Shown here: positions 12,903-27,332 of the stretch, one piece after another
Position numbering within the stretch: position 1 is the stretch's first letter
Layout of the letters: each line of letters opens with the position of its first letter
Source of the DNA: Eledone cirrhosa
Lineage: Eukaryota
Assembly: GCA_964016885.1 (NCBI GenBank)
Contig: OZ024742.1
Span: 328,600,001-328,664,000, forward strand
Direction of reading: 5' to 3'
Length of the DNA: 64,000 nt
Translations under genes and position numbers: made by a program
The notes under the pieces: model-generated
Told to the model about the DNA's origin: nothing
The model's database searches: none
Seen by the model: only the letters and a program-made list of their open reading frames with translations

Positions 12903-15209
12903 ATGTGTGTGCAAATTAAAGCGAAGGCACGAATGGGATTCATATAAATTAGGAATGCAGAGAATGTAAAATAAATAAATGCAATTAAATGCAATAAATA
13001 AGTTAATTGATGTGAAATAAATATAAATAAGCATTTGAAATGCCTGTGTCCTAAACATCATAATAATAGTTTATCAATAATAGGTTAGAATTTCAGGTAA
13101 ATTACCCTCAAGACGGTAAAATTTAACAAAAGCCCCGAATCCCACTTTTTCCTGTCTCCGACTTTCTCAACTATTAATTATAGGGATCTATAATTAATAT
13201 GGTTATTTGCATTGGGACGTATATATTACAAATTTCAAATTATCTTAATGTTTCTGATATCAAATGTTTTGTTTTAACATGCGCATACGTAGACAGCCTC
13301 AACTATGAATGTTATTGATGCACCAATTAAAATGACTTTATGCAAAAGGACGGTTTATATATTTACTAGGTGAGGGCGACGTCACCTAATTCTTTATGTC
13401 TCACACACGCATTCTCTCTATATCTCCCCCTCTCTCTCTAAACAAATGACGTTCATTTTCGTTCTCTAGTTATGTACATCTCTTTCGCTTGTCGCTCCCT
13501 CTCTTTCTATATAGATGAGGGCTACATCATAACCTTCTGTCAATCTACCTCTTTCTGTCACCTTGAAAGCACACGGTGTTCCCTTTTCTTTCTCCATCTA
13601 TGTACATATCTCTCGGATGGTGCTCCCCCTCTATATAAAAGCTGAGCGTGACGGACGGATAGACAGACAGCGCTCTTATTATAATATAGATTTCTTCCCC
13701 ATATGTTCGTACAAATAAGAACACAGCTGAATTCTTCGAAACAAAGAGAAGAAATAAGCGAGAGAGAGAGAGAAAGGGGAGATAGAGAGAGGTAGAGAGA
13801 GAGAAAGAGAAAGAGAGCTTGTGTGTGTGTGAGTGTGAATGATGGAATGAGAAAGAGATAGAGTGTGTGTGAATGATGGAGTGATAGAGAGAAAGTGAGA
13901 TGTTGAGGAAGAGAGGATCCCAGTCCTGTAATGGTACTTCACTTATCGACCACGAAATGATGAAAGACAATGTTAAAGCCCAGCGAGTCGAAGAGAATAC
14001 CGCAAAGCATCCAATCCTACATTCTAATGACTCAGTCAATTCGCTGATATACAAGGTTAAAAGTACTCTGTTCCTGCTAATACGTATCGATTAACATATG
14101 GTACATAAAATCTTAATATTCACTTTAATATAGAAGGACCATAAGAATGTGTATGTATATGTATGTATACATACACACAGGGTCACATTGACTATAATGA
14201 AAGTGTGAAACACTGAAAAGGATACGTATCTATATGTAAAGCATATTTATCTAGTGATGCAAAACTAAAGTAATTATATATTATGAAACAACAAATGTTT
14301 AAATTAGATAATTACAGGATGTCTCAGACGGTAGACTGTCTATTCTGTTAAATTTGGCAGACTATAATAACATTTTGTATTGGTGGTGTTGCACTTCCAG
14401 CCAATGTTAAGAGCAGTCTGTAATAAGCAGAAGTACGTTTAATCTAGTTTATTTTCAAGCCACTGCTTGAGTGTCCACATCTCTCAGACCTATAGCAAGA
14501 CAGATTCAGTCGCCGTCAAAGAGAATCTATTCCCATTACACATCTTTCGGAATGACATCCAGATCTTTGATGGTTTATGACATTTTTGCCAGGCAATTGC
14601 TTTTCATTTATATGACTGGCGCTCCAAGCTCCAAAATATTTGAAATGTTAACGAATTTTCGTTGGTGTCCAAATTTTGAGTTTATGATCACTACGTCGGT
14701 ACATTGTATTATATAAGCTCTGTCTTCATAGTATTGGTGAGCAGACACACTCAATTTTTCCTTCTTTCCTTCACTCTTTCTCTTCCACCTACCACTTCGT
14801 ACCTCCCCACCCTCTCTCTCGCTCTCGTTTTATATATATATATATATAAACAAACTCATTCTCATAGTAACATACACACACATATATGTGCGTGTGTGTG
14901 TGTTGGGATATCTTTGTGTGTGTGTGTGGGGGGGGGGTTACTTTCTAGTGTGCTTACTAATGTTTTATTTGAAGTTATATAATTTAACCTTCCTCACTTT
15001 TCAAATCAACATGTTCCATTAACACCGTGGTGAACGGAGAAGCCGTGATATGAACATAAAGAGACCCACACATATACATTCGTACTGAACCACACATACC
15101 TACATATGTACATACATACACATTCCACTGAGGCTCACATGCATATACACATTCATACAAATGCACATGCATACACACAAAGAAATATACTTACAAACTT
15201 AAATTCAGA

Positions 15210-15305
<96 letters not shown>

Positions 15306-15387
15306 CATATATATATACATATTGTAAGTGTATGCCTATGATTGTGGATATGTATCAAGGTGGGGTACATATGTATATATATATATG

Positions 15388-15453
<66 letters not shown>

Positions 15454-16886
15454 TATATATGTATGTATGTATATGTATATGTATATAAATATATATATAT
15501 ACATATAAATATATATATATGTATATATATATGTATATATATATATAATTTATATATATACATATATATGCGTGTGTGTGTGTGTGTATGTATGTATGTT
15601 TGTGTGTGTGAACGAGAAGTAAACGGAAAAAACAAGTCAAGCCATACAGTAAAAAATGTAAACATATACATAGAAAAAGTAAATGAAAAATATCAAAGTA
15701 AATAATACAGTACAATATATATATATATATATGTAAATGAATGTAAATATAAAAGGAAACCATAAACAACAAGGGACACACTACAGTATTATATATATAT
15801 ACATGTATGTGTGTCTGTGCGCGAAGCCATACTCATATATATAGGTATATGTGTATATATGCGTGAATGTGTGTGTGAATCGGTGGAAATCTTTTACTAA
15901 TAGGAATAGTTTGATTGTAAATTCGCTACTTTTAGTTCCTCCACCATCCCCAAATATTAAAGCCACACTCAAACACACCCAAGATATGCACACACATACA
16001 CTTAAACATTCAAATTCATCCCCATACACTAACTCAACATACATATATCTAGACTCTACATACAGACCCATGTACAAATAGAAACTACCATTATGCATCA
16101 TAACTATAATAAAGGGAGGAGTGCGGGACTGCGTTCCGAATATATTTTTGTGTCCCTTTAGTAAAATAAGTTAGATTACTTTGAATAAATAATGAATGAA
16201 TATTACATAATGTATCTACTAAATTTTGTAACTGTTGATTAAACATAAATATTCTAATATATAATGATTGCTTATTTTAAGATTCACTTCTTTTAAAATT
16301 TTCAAATGTCTACACTTCCGGGTAGCGTCCGTTATATCATAACGCTTATTACATTCCTTATGTAAACATCCATATATTTGCATCGTTATATATTTCATTA
16401 CGTTTCACCGTAATGCAGTTTATATATAATATCGTCTTTTTTAAATGTATCATGGATTACTTTACTTACAGAAGAGAGTGTGACAGAGTCTCTCTTTAAT
16501 TTCTGTGCATACTGTCAATTACGATTTTATTTGACATATCATATCTACATGCATATTTGTTTGCATATAATATAAACATGCACACTACACATGCTAGCAG
16601 AAAACCACCTGGAGGGTGGTTTTTCTGCTAGTATACATAATAGAGTCACCCATCTACTACTATCCATATGTAGATAAAAGTAAAACAATCGGCTGTTTAT
16701 TTTATGGTGTCAGTCAGCAATGGTGACTTAGACTTGTTTAACAGTTGGGGCTGGTTATAAAGTGTTTCTCAGAAGTATATATAAAACATACATACACACA
16801 CACACACGCATACTCACATTTGTGTGTATATATATATATACTATATATATTATATATACATATATCATACATATATATATATATAT

Positions 16887-16972
<86 letters not shown>

Positions 16973-17155
16973 TTCAAAGAAAAAGAGGTCTTAGATTTGT
17001 TGAACAGTTGTGTTTCATTATATGTGAAGTGTTTCTTAAAAATCTGAAGTTAAGGATAAAAGCAAGCCACATTATAAAGATTCCCGAAATGGCTTCATAA
17101 ACGTGTACTAATTATGTTTTCAAGCACACAGAAATATTTCATAGGGCCATAATAC

Positions 17156-17269
<114 letters not shown>

Positions 17270-19283
17270 TTTCTGAATTTGTTTAGCAAGATTCTTTATC
17301 TGAAATCGTGTGTTGAAACCGATATTGTTATACTTTGTGAGGGTCATGTTGCCAATAAGAAACACACGCACCAGTTGATTTCACTTCAATTTATTATATA
17401 TCTATAAATTTATAAATTTACAAATTTACAAACCTATAAATTTCTGGTTGGTTGGCTGGTTCCACAACCAGATAGTTGTTTATATATAGTCATAGTCCCT
17501 TCGTCACACACTCTGTGACCCCCCAGTGACTGGGGACCCCCCTCTTTGTTCCTGTGCCTCTCCTTTCTTCTATCCCACGCCATTCTGTTTCTGTGTGTGT
17601 GTTGTGTGCTCAGTTTGCGCATGCGCCACATCCGGGTATCTGTGAGTGTTTGTGTTCATTTATCTATTTGTTTATTTATTTATTTATTTATTGTTGGTTG
17701 GTTGTTTGTTCTATGTGTGTGTCTGTGTTTTCATTTTGTCCTGTGTGTGTTTTCATTTTGTCCTTAATTGTAAGTTGTGATGTTGCTGTTCCACTCATAT
17801 TTTCTATTTAATTTTGGTTGTAATTCTTTTATGCTTACTGCCTCTGCAATTTGCCTAAACATTGCATCTTTTCTGTGTGTGGATTCTATATTTATTTCTA
17901 TGTTCTCTAATCTACCCCTGTGCTCTATCTTTGCATGTTGGTAGAGCACAGATGATTCTTTATTATCTTGGAGGTCTCGCCAGTGTTCATTTATTCGTTC
18001 CCCTATACTACGAGCTGTCTCACCTATGTACACTATATTTTTGTTTCTACATTGTCCTTCAGTACATCTTATGCTATACACTACATTTCTAGTTTTACAG
18101 TTAATATAGGGGCTTATTTTACAGGTTATACATTTCTTATCTATACATGAGGGTCTTTGGAACGGGTATGTCTTGCTAATAAGTGTTTTTACGGAGGTAC
18201 CTGGTTTTTCTACTATCTTAATATTGAGTTTATGTTTATTTAGGGCCCTTCTAAATTTGTAGGCTAGTTCGCCTCTAGGGGTTGTATTGATGAACATTAC
18301 ACTCTGGTATTTATTGCTATCATACCATGAGTTTATTCTATTAGAAAGACCAGGTACCTCCGTAAAAACAGTTATTAGCAAGACATACCCGTTCAAAAGA
18401 CCCTCATGTATAGATAAGAAATGTATAACCTGTAAAATAAGCCCCCATATTAACTGTAAAACTAGAAATGTAGTGTATAGCATAAGATGTACTGAAGGAT
18501 AATGTAGAAACAAAAATATAGTGTACATAGGTGAGACAGCTCGTAGTATAGGGGAACGAATAAATGAACACTGGCGAGACCTCCAAGATAATAAAGAATC
18601 ATCTGTGCTCTACCAACATGTAAAGATAGAGCATAGGGGTAGATTAGAGAACATAGAAATAAAAATAGAATCCACACACAGAAAAGATGCAATGTTTAGG
18701 CAAATTACAGAGGCAGTAAGCATAAAAGAATTACAACCAAAATTAAATAGAAAATATGAGTGGAACAGCAACATCACAACTTACAATTAAGGACAAAATG
18801 AAAACACACACAGGACAAAATGAAAGCACACACACACACATAGAACAAACAACTTACAATTAAGGACAAAATGAAAACACACACAGGACAAAATGAAAAC
18901 ACACACACACATAGAACAAACAACCAACCAACAATAAATAAATAAATAAATAAACAAATAGATAAATGAACACAAACACACACAGACACCCGGATGTGGC
19001 ACATGCGCAAACTGAGCACACAACACACACACAGAAACAGAATGGCGTGGGATAGAAGAAAGGAGAGGCACAGGAACAAAGAGGGGGGTCCCCAGTCACT
19101 GGGGGGGGGGGGTCACAGATTGTGTGACGAATGGACTATGACTATATATAAACAACTATCTGGTTGTGGAACCAGTCAACCAACCAGAAATTTATAGGTT
19201 TGTAAATTTGTAAATTTATAAATTTATAGATATATAATAAATTGAAGTGAAAGCAACTGGTGCGTGTGTCTCTTATTGGCAAC

Positions 19284-22200
19284 ATGACCCTCCCAAAGTA
19301 TAACAATATCGGTTTCAACACACGATTTCAGATAAAGAATCTTGCTAAACAAATTCAGAAACGAAATATCGTAAGCCTTAGCCAGGCTAACAAGATACTG
19401 AAAACCACCATGTTCTGTTGTCTACGAAAAACCATAACATCTCGACAACTGCACTTCATAAAACTAAAGTGGCTTAAACAGGCAAAGCTAAATCGGGATA
19501 CTATAGAGTATACCAATAGATATCCCGACAAAATTGACGGTATCAACATGGCCGACACCTCATTATCAGAAGAGTTCAACAACGAAAATACCAACATTTA
19601 TGGAAACACGGAAATAGATAATAATGAAATGTCTGTGTTATGTCTGCCGCCCAAATTTGCGACATTCAAGAAGGTAAATATGATTAGTTGTCTGTCAGAA
19701 ATAGAAAAATCATTTACAAAACTACGCTGGAGCATCAAAAACAAAAGCAACAATATACGCACACACATATACAACACACATCCCAACAACAACAGACACA
19801 CAGACACAAACAACAATAACAATAAAACACACATCAACAACAACAACAATAGCAACATACCCAGATACAACAACAACAGACACGCAGACACAAACAACAA
19901 TAACAACACACAGAACAACGATAACACACACGGAGACAACAATAACAACAACACACACATCAACAACAACAACAATAGCAACATACCCAGATACAACAAC
20001 AACAGACACGCAGACACAAACAACAATAACAACACACACAACAACGATAACACACACGGAGACAACAATAACACACAACAACAACACACATCAACAACAA
20101 CAACACACACGCATTCAATGCCTCTCACCACCACCACAATCTTAACAAACACACATACACAGAAAACAAGTAATGACAGTAGCACAGAAATTAGAGAAAT
20201 AAGGGAAGGAAATAGGATTAAAAGGAAAAGGAGATGGGAGACTAAGGACAAAGAGAATAACGAAGACGAACACACAGACACACAAAATAGGGTAGATAAC
20301 AACATTGAGCCAGTGGAAAGAGACAGGAGTAATTATGAGAGACATAGAAACAAACATGAGGCTGTTGGTAGAAATAGAAATAGAAACAACACAACTAACA
20401 ATAATAATAGCACTAGTACATTTAAAGCAGCAGCCTGGAACTCTCCGTTTTATAACCCCTCCGATAAATCATTCGACCTACGACGAGTTCACGCCACGAC
20501 TTACCCATTTAACAAACGCACGCAGTTGCCGTCGCAGGTCGATGAACAAACAGAAGCACAATTTAGTATAGCTAAATCCGAACTTAGAAATATTATAGAA
20601 CAGTATAGCAAGAAGCATAATAGAATAGAGGCCCAGCAACTGGGAGAAAAATCTGCAAATGGCTTGCGTAAGTTCATGCAGCGCTCGCGTAATGGAGAGA
20701 TAGCATGTTTTCCAACAGACAAGTCTGGCAGAATGTCGGTTGACAGCCTGCCAAACTACATCCAGGCAATGCAACCCCACATCACTAACACAAGAGAGGT
20801 AACACCACAGGAGCATGAGGATAGAGAAAAAGCCGTCAATGCCCATATGGTGATGTGGACGAATATAATGCAGCCCAACAAAAGGACTGCCAACAACTTC
20901 CAGGCCTGGAACAATGACGTGCCGGCGTTGTATGGGCTTCGAAAAGACCATAAAACGGGCTGGGACCCTGTCGCGGGACCACCAACACGGCCAGTCTGTG
21001 GGGCTAACATTGCTAGTAACTACAGACTGTCCTACTTCCTCTCCCTGATCATACGCCCCATCATTGAGTTGTCCCCAGACGTATGTGACAGCACGGAGGA
21101 CCTCCTCAGCAGAATCGGCGCGGGTAACCGATCTGGGGACCTAACAAACTGCATAATAGGCAGTATCGATGTTGTGTCCCTGTATCCATCTATTGACGTG
21201 GATTTTGCTGTGGAGAAATGCGTAGAAATGATCAGCGAGAGCAAGGTTGAGTTCCGTGGGATTGATAACAGTGAGCTGGGACTTCTACTTAAGCTTACCC
21301 ATAGTAATAGTTACCTAGACACTTATGACCTTAGCAACCTGTGCCCTACAAGACCAGCAAGAGGCAGACCACCTACCATTACCTCAATGGCCAAGAAAAC
21401 CCACACAGTTAGATGGAACGGGTGGACCAGAGCCATACGGACACCCGAAAACCACGATGAACTGAAGAAAATGATTGCACATGCGGTAGGGGCCAGCATA
21501 AAATTAACCCTTAAGGAACATATGTTCAAATTTAATGGCAAAACATATGCCCAAGAGGAAGGAGCAGCTATTGGTGTTAGCATTGCAGGCGACATAGCTA
21601 ACTTATTCATGGTATGGTGGGATAGTAGACTTAAACTTAAACTTAAACTTAAAGAACAATTAGAAGACCCCTTAACCCTGATACTGTACTCCCGCTACGT
21701 AGATGATATAAACATCGTAGTTAAGACATCCCCACCAAAGAACAGCCATGAACTAGAGAAAAATACAATGGAAAGCATCCAGCAAATAGCAAACTCCATC
21801 CACCAGAGCATTAGAGTTACTATAGACTACCCAAGTAGACACCCCAACCATCGATTACCTGTACTAGACACAGAGCTCTGGTTAGATACCATTAACAACC
21901 AAAAACAAATCCTCCATTGCCATTATGCCAAACCCATGACTTCCAAACATCTGATCCACCAAAACTCGGCCATTTCGGACCATACCAAAATCAACATACT
22001 GATTGCGGATTTGGTACGGGTGATGAGAAATATGTCCCGCATGTGCAACCCCGAAGAACTAGAGAGACACATACAACACTTCATCCACCGTATGCAGTTC
22101 TCTGGCTACAATCAGAGAGATAGAATCAGAGTGTATAAAGGAGCCAGAACCAAATGGGAAAAAATGGTAAATAATGACATAAATGGGACCTGCCCCTTGT

Positions 22201-22826
22201 ATAGGAGCAAATTTTGGAATAGAATAGAAAGAACTAGGAACAAGGCCAATAGAATAAACTCATGGTATGATAGCAATAAATACCAGAGTGTAATGTTCAA
22301 CAATACAACCCCTAGAGGCGAACTAGCCTACAAATTTAGAAGGGCCCTAAATAAACATAAACTCAATATTAAGATAGTAGAAAGACCAGGTACCTCCGTA
22401 AAAACACTTATTAGCAAGACATACCCGTTCCAAAGACCCTCATGTATAGATAAGAAATGTATAACCTGTAAAATAAGCCCCCATATTAACTGTAAAACTA
22501 GAAATGTAGTGTATAGCATAAGATGTACTGAAGGACAATGTAGAAACAAAAATATAGTGTACATAGGTGAGACAGCTCGTAGTATAGGGGAACGAATAAA
22601 TGAACACTGGCGAGACCTCCAAGATAATAAAGAATCATCTGTGCTCTACCAACATGCAAAGATAGAGCACAGGGGTAGATTAGAGAACATAGAAATAAAA
22701 ATAGAATCCACACACAGAAAAGATGCAATGTTTAGGCAAATTACAGAGGCAGTAAGCATAAAAGAATTACAACCAAACTTAAATAGAAAATATGAGTGGA
22801 ACAGCAACATCACAACTTACAATTAA
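19284..22826 (+). CDS. Penelope-like polyprotein: N-terminal domain, Asn-rich spacer, reverse transcriptase, Cys linker, GIY-YIG endonuclease
   Basis: Uninterrupted frame with TDKSG, LYGLRKDHK..RPV, DVVSLYPSI, QEEGAAIG, SRYVDD, LPVLD, CIDKKCITC and VVYSIRC..YIGETAR..RINEH. The ATG at 19284 (MTLPKYNNI) is conserved in family B. Confidence 0.93.
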   Translation: MTLPKYNNIGFNTRFQIKNLAKQIQKRNIVSLSQANKILKTTMFCCLRKTITSRQLHFIKLKWLKQAKLNRDTIEYTNRYPDKIDGINMADTSLSEEFNNENTNIYGNTEIDNNEMSVLCLPPKFATFKKVNMISCLSEIEKSFTKLRWSIKNKSNNIRTHIYNTHPNNNRHTDTNNNNNKTHINNNNNSNIPRYNNNRHADTNNNNNTQNNDNTHGDNNNNNTHINNNNNSNIPRYNNNRHADTNNNNNTHNNDNTHGDNNNTQQQHTSTTTTHTHSMPLTTTTILTNTHTQKTSNDSSTEIREIREGNRIKRKRRWETKDKENNEDEHTDTQNRVDNNIEPVERDRSNYERHRNKHEAVGRNRNRNNTTNNNNSTSTFKAAAWNSPFYNPSDKSFDLRRVHATTYPFNKRTQLPSQVDEQTEAQFSIAKSELRNIIEQYSKKHNRIEAQQLGEKSANGLRKFMQRSRNGEIACFPTDKSGRMSVDSLPNYIQAMQPHITNTREVTPQEHEDREKAVNAHMVMWTNIMQPNKRTANNFQAWNNDVPALYGLRKDHKTGWDPVAGPPTRPVCGANIASNYRLSYFLSLIIRPIIELSPDVCDSTEDLLSRIGAGNRSGDLTNCIIGSIDVVSLYPSIDVDFAVEKCVEMISESKVEFRGIDNSELGLLLKLTHSNSYLDTYDLSNLCPTRPARGRPPTITSMAKKTHTVRWNGWTRAIRTPENHDELKKMIAHAVGASIKLTLKEHMFKFNGKTYAQEEGAAIGVSIAGDIANLFMVWWDSRLKLKLKLKEQLEDPLTLILYSRYVDDINIVVKTSPPKNSHELEKNTMESIQQIANSIHQSIRVTIDYPSRHPNHRLPVLDTELWLDTINNQKQILHCHYAKPMTSKHLIHQNSAISDHTKINILIADLVRVMRNMSRMCNPEELERHIQHFIHRMQFSGYNQRDRIRVYKGARTKWEKMVNNDINGTCPLYRSKFWNRIERTRNKANRINSWYDSNKYQSVMFNNTTPRGELAYKFRRALNKHKLNIKIVERPGTSVKTLISKTYPFQRPSCIDKKCITCKISPHINCKTRNVVYSIRCTEGQCRNKNIVYIGETARSIGERINEHWRDLQDNKESSVLYQHAKIEHRGRLENIEIKIESTHRKDAMFRQITEAVSIKELQPNLNRKYEWNSNITTYN
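19740..20420 (+). repeat. (AAC)-rich in-frame low-complexity region with an internal 120-bp duplication
   Basis: THINNNNNSNIPRYNNNRHADTNNNNNT occurs twice. Confidence 0.85.
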
Positions 22827-23123
22827 GGACAAAATGAAAACACACACAGGACAAAATGAAAACACACACACACATAGAACAAACAACTTACAATTAAGGA
22901 CAAAATGAAAACACACACAGGATAAAATGAAAACACACACACACATAGAACAAACAACCAACCAACAATAAATAAATAAATAAACAAATAGATAAATGAA
23001 CACAAACACACACAGACACCCGGATGTGACGCATGCGCAAACTGAGCACACAACACACACACAGAAACAGAATGGCGTGGGATAGAAGAAAGGAGAGGCA
23101 CAGGAACAAAGAGGGGGGTCCCC

Positions 23124-23175
23124 AGTCACTGGGGGGGGGGGGGGTCACAGAGTGCGTGACGAAAGGACTATGACT
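23124..23175 (+). ncRNA. Inactivated hammerhead (CUGAAGA changed to CUG(G)n) in the 3' pLTR; same at 19094-19143 and 17488-17531 (minus)
   Basis: Stems agtca/tgact and gtcac/gtgac are retained while the core is a G run of 14, 12 or 6 G. Confidence 0.75.
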
Positions 23176-23500
23176 ATATATAAACAACTATCTGGTTGTG
23201 GAACCAGCCAACCAACCAGAAATTTATAGGTTTGTAAATTTGTAAATTTATAAATTTATAGATATATAATAAATTGAAGTGAAAGCAACTGGTGCGTGTG
23301 TTTCTTATTGGCAACATCACCCTCCCAAAGTATAACAATATATATATATACCTATCTATCTATTTATCTGTCTCTCTCTATCTATCAATCAACCTATCTA
23401 TCTATCTATATTTCTCTCTCTCCCTCTCTTTGTCTCCCTCTCCCTCTCTCTCTCTATCTCTCTGTCTGTGTGTGTATGTGCATATGTTTATGTATATATA

Positions 23501-23532
<32 letters not shown>

Positions 23533-25012
23533 CATGTATATATATACACGATGTCTCACGACAAATTGCTACTAACCTAAACTATGCAAAAGGCACCGCA
23601 TAAATATATATCTGTATAGAGAGTGTAAACGAGACGGGACAAACTTGTATAAATATACATACATATCTAATATGTAGGCTTGTAAACATGACAGAAAATA
23701 CGAATTTCCTTGTAAATTGAAGAAATGATAAACATGTTTAATCGATTTTCGGACATTATTGGATGATATATGCGTTTTCTGCTCAGGATCCACACTCTGT
23801 ATTAATACAGATACAAATTTATCATTCGCTATAACACTTACTCCGATATATCTTAATTAATTACCAAAACCAGCGCTAATTATATGCCATTTCCAATTAA
23901 TAGTCCATTTCCGAATATTACTGAGAGCGAAAGAGTATATATACCCATCAAATACATGTCGCCTTGTTGCTGAATGTATGATATACATGTCTTCTGCTGA
24001 GAATTCAATATGATCCGAAAATCCTTTAAAGACGTTTATCAGTTTTTCAATTTACTGGAAAATTCCTATTTTCTGGCACGTTTACATGCTTACATATAAG
24101 ATATGTGTCTATATATATATTTATACACGCTGGTGCAGTCTCATTTGCATATTCTGCATCCATGGTTTTTTTACCGCTCTTGGTGGAGGAAAACCTCTCT
24201 GGTTGACCTTTATCGCTTTCTGTTTGGTTTTGGACATGTCTTCGGGAACGTAGCTGTCGCACCTCACTTGGCCAATTGCGGGTTGGTGATGCTATTTAAC
24301 TCAGAGATGGTGTGGATGGCTGCTGACTACGCAGTTTATCCGTCCTTTTAATGGTTCTTGATTATTTGTGGTGCTGGGGTTCCACGTACCCTCCTCAGCA
24401 GGCCCTGGTCTGGTGAGGAAGCCAGTTGAATTGCCGAACACTAGATCATTAAGCATGTTTTACTGTCTTACATGGTACTAGTAGCAGGCACAAACCTGAC
24501 ACTAACACACACACACATATATATATATATTAATATATATATATATATATATACACACATACCCACCTATAGATATATACATGGTGGCTGCCAACTCGTT
24601 TTCGAGTACGGCCACTACTTTATATCCATGTAGGAGAACCCCTACCGAAGCGCTGAACGAGTGTGACCTTTTAGTCCAGCCAGCGACTTGAAACCTCTGG
24701 TAAAAACACTACACTTGTGACAATTATTGACACATAGTGCTGGGCCCATGGTACCATGTGACGACAAGTGCAGAGAGATCTCCAGATACAAAGCAATGCC
24801 TGTGCCATGAAGCTTTTATAGTGAACAAAGGCACTGCACAAATCCAGTCCCACTCTCTTAACCAAGATGATATTTACCAAAAAGAAGAACAAGTCAACAT
24901 CATTGGATATATACATACATACATATATACATACATACATATGTATATACATACATATATATATACATACATATATACATACATACATACATATATACAT
25001 ATGTATATATAT

Positions 25013-25123
<111 letters not shown>

Positions 25124-25177
25124 CATATATATATATATATATGTAAAATATATGTGTATATATATATGTATGTATAT

Positions 25178-25357
25178 GAGTACGTGGGGCTGATGAAAGC
25201 CAACCAGCGTGAAAGAGACTGTCAGTTTCTCTCCCTTCTTTCGCCGAAAAGAAGTAAGGGACAGGCACTACATTGAAACTGATAGCGTTTGATTTCTAAA
25301 TGTTTTTAATTAAACATTCGGTGTATTGCCAAATATACTATACATACATTCATGTAT
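25178..25357 (+). mobile_element. Family X fragment with hammerhead motif at 25184-25229
   Basis: CTGATGA-a-agc-caacca-gcg-T-GAAA-gagactg-TC-agtttc, followed by the same downstream sequence as 12145-12250. Confidence 0.75.
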
Positions 25358-25362
25358 ATATA

Positions 25363-25551
<189 letters not shown>

Positions 25552-25572
25552 GTATATAAATATATATATATT

Positions 25573-25721
<149 letters not shown>

Positions 25722-25736
25722 GTATATATATATATA

Positions 25737-26099
<363 letters not shown>

Positions 26100-26117
26100 A
26101 TACATATATATATATAA

Positions 26118-26385
26118 GGATTGTGCTCTGAAATAGCGATGTATACATGAATGTATGTATAGTATATTTGGCAATATACCGTATGTTTAATTAAAAACAT
26201 TTTGAAGACCTTGCGCTATCATTTTTTAAAGTAATGAATCTGTCAGCTTCTCTCCCTTCTTTTGCCGAATAAAGAAGTAAGTGACATAGTCACTTCTTTA
26301 AAAATGATAGCGCAAGGTGTTCAAAATGTTTTAAATTAAACATACGGTATATTGCCAAATAAACTAAACATACATTCATATATCT
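26118..26385. mobile_element. Family X fold-back fragment
   Basis: 26118-26235 matches 11948-12045 and 11653-11745; 26238-26385 is in the opposite orientation. Confidence 0.85.
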
Positions 26386-26391
26386 ATATAT

Positions 26392-27127
<736 letters not shown>

Positions 27128-27332
27128 TGCGTGTGAGTATGTGTGCATTGTCAGTATGTCTGACTGTTTCGATCTATCTCTGTTCGGAAACTGCTATTGG
27201 GGTGTGTGCTTTGTTGTTATTGTTGCTCTTATCCGAAGATAGGTAGGTTTGTTGGTAAGTAGATATACAGCTATATAGTTAGATAGATAGATAGATAAAC
27301 AGACAGATAGAGAGATAGAGTGATAGATATGT

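Noticed and set aside
17764-18528. 254-aa minus-strand ORF with GIY-YIG at its end
   Set aside because: Chimera across the pLTR inversion breakpoint at ~18342, not an independent gene.
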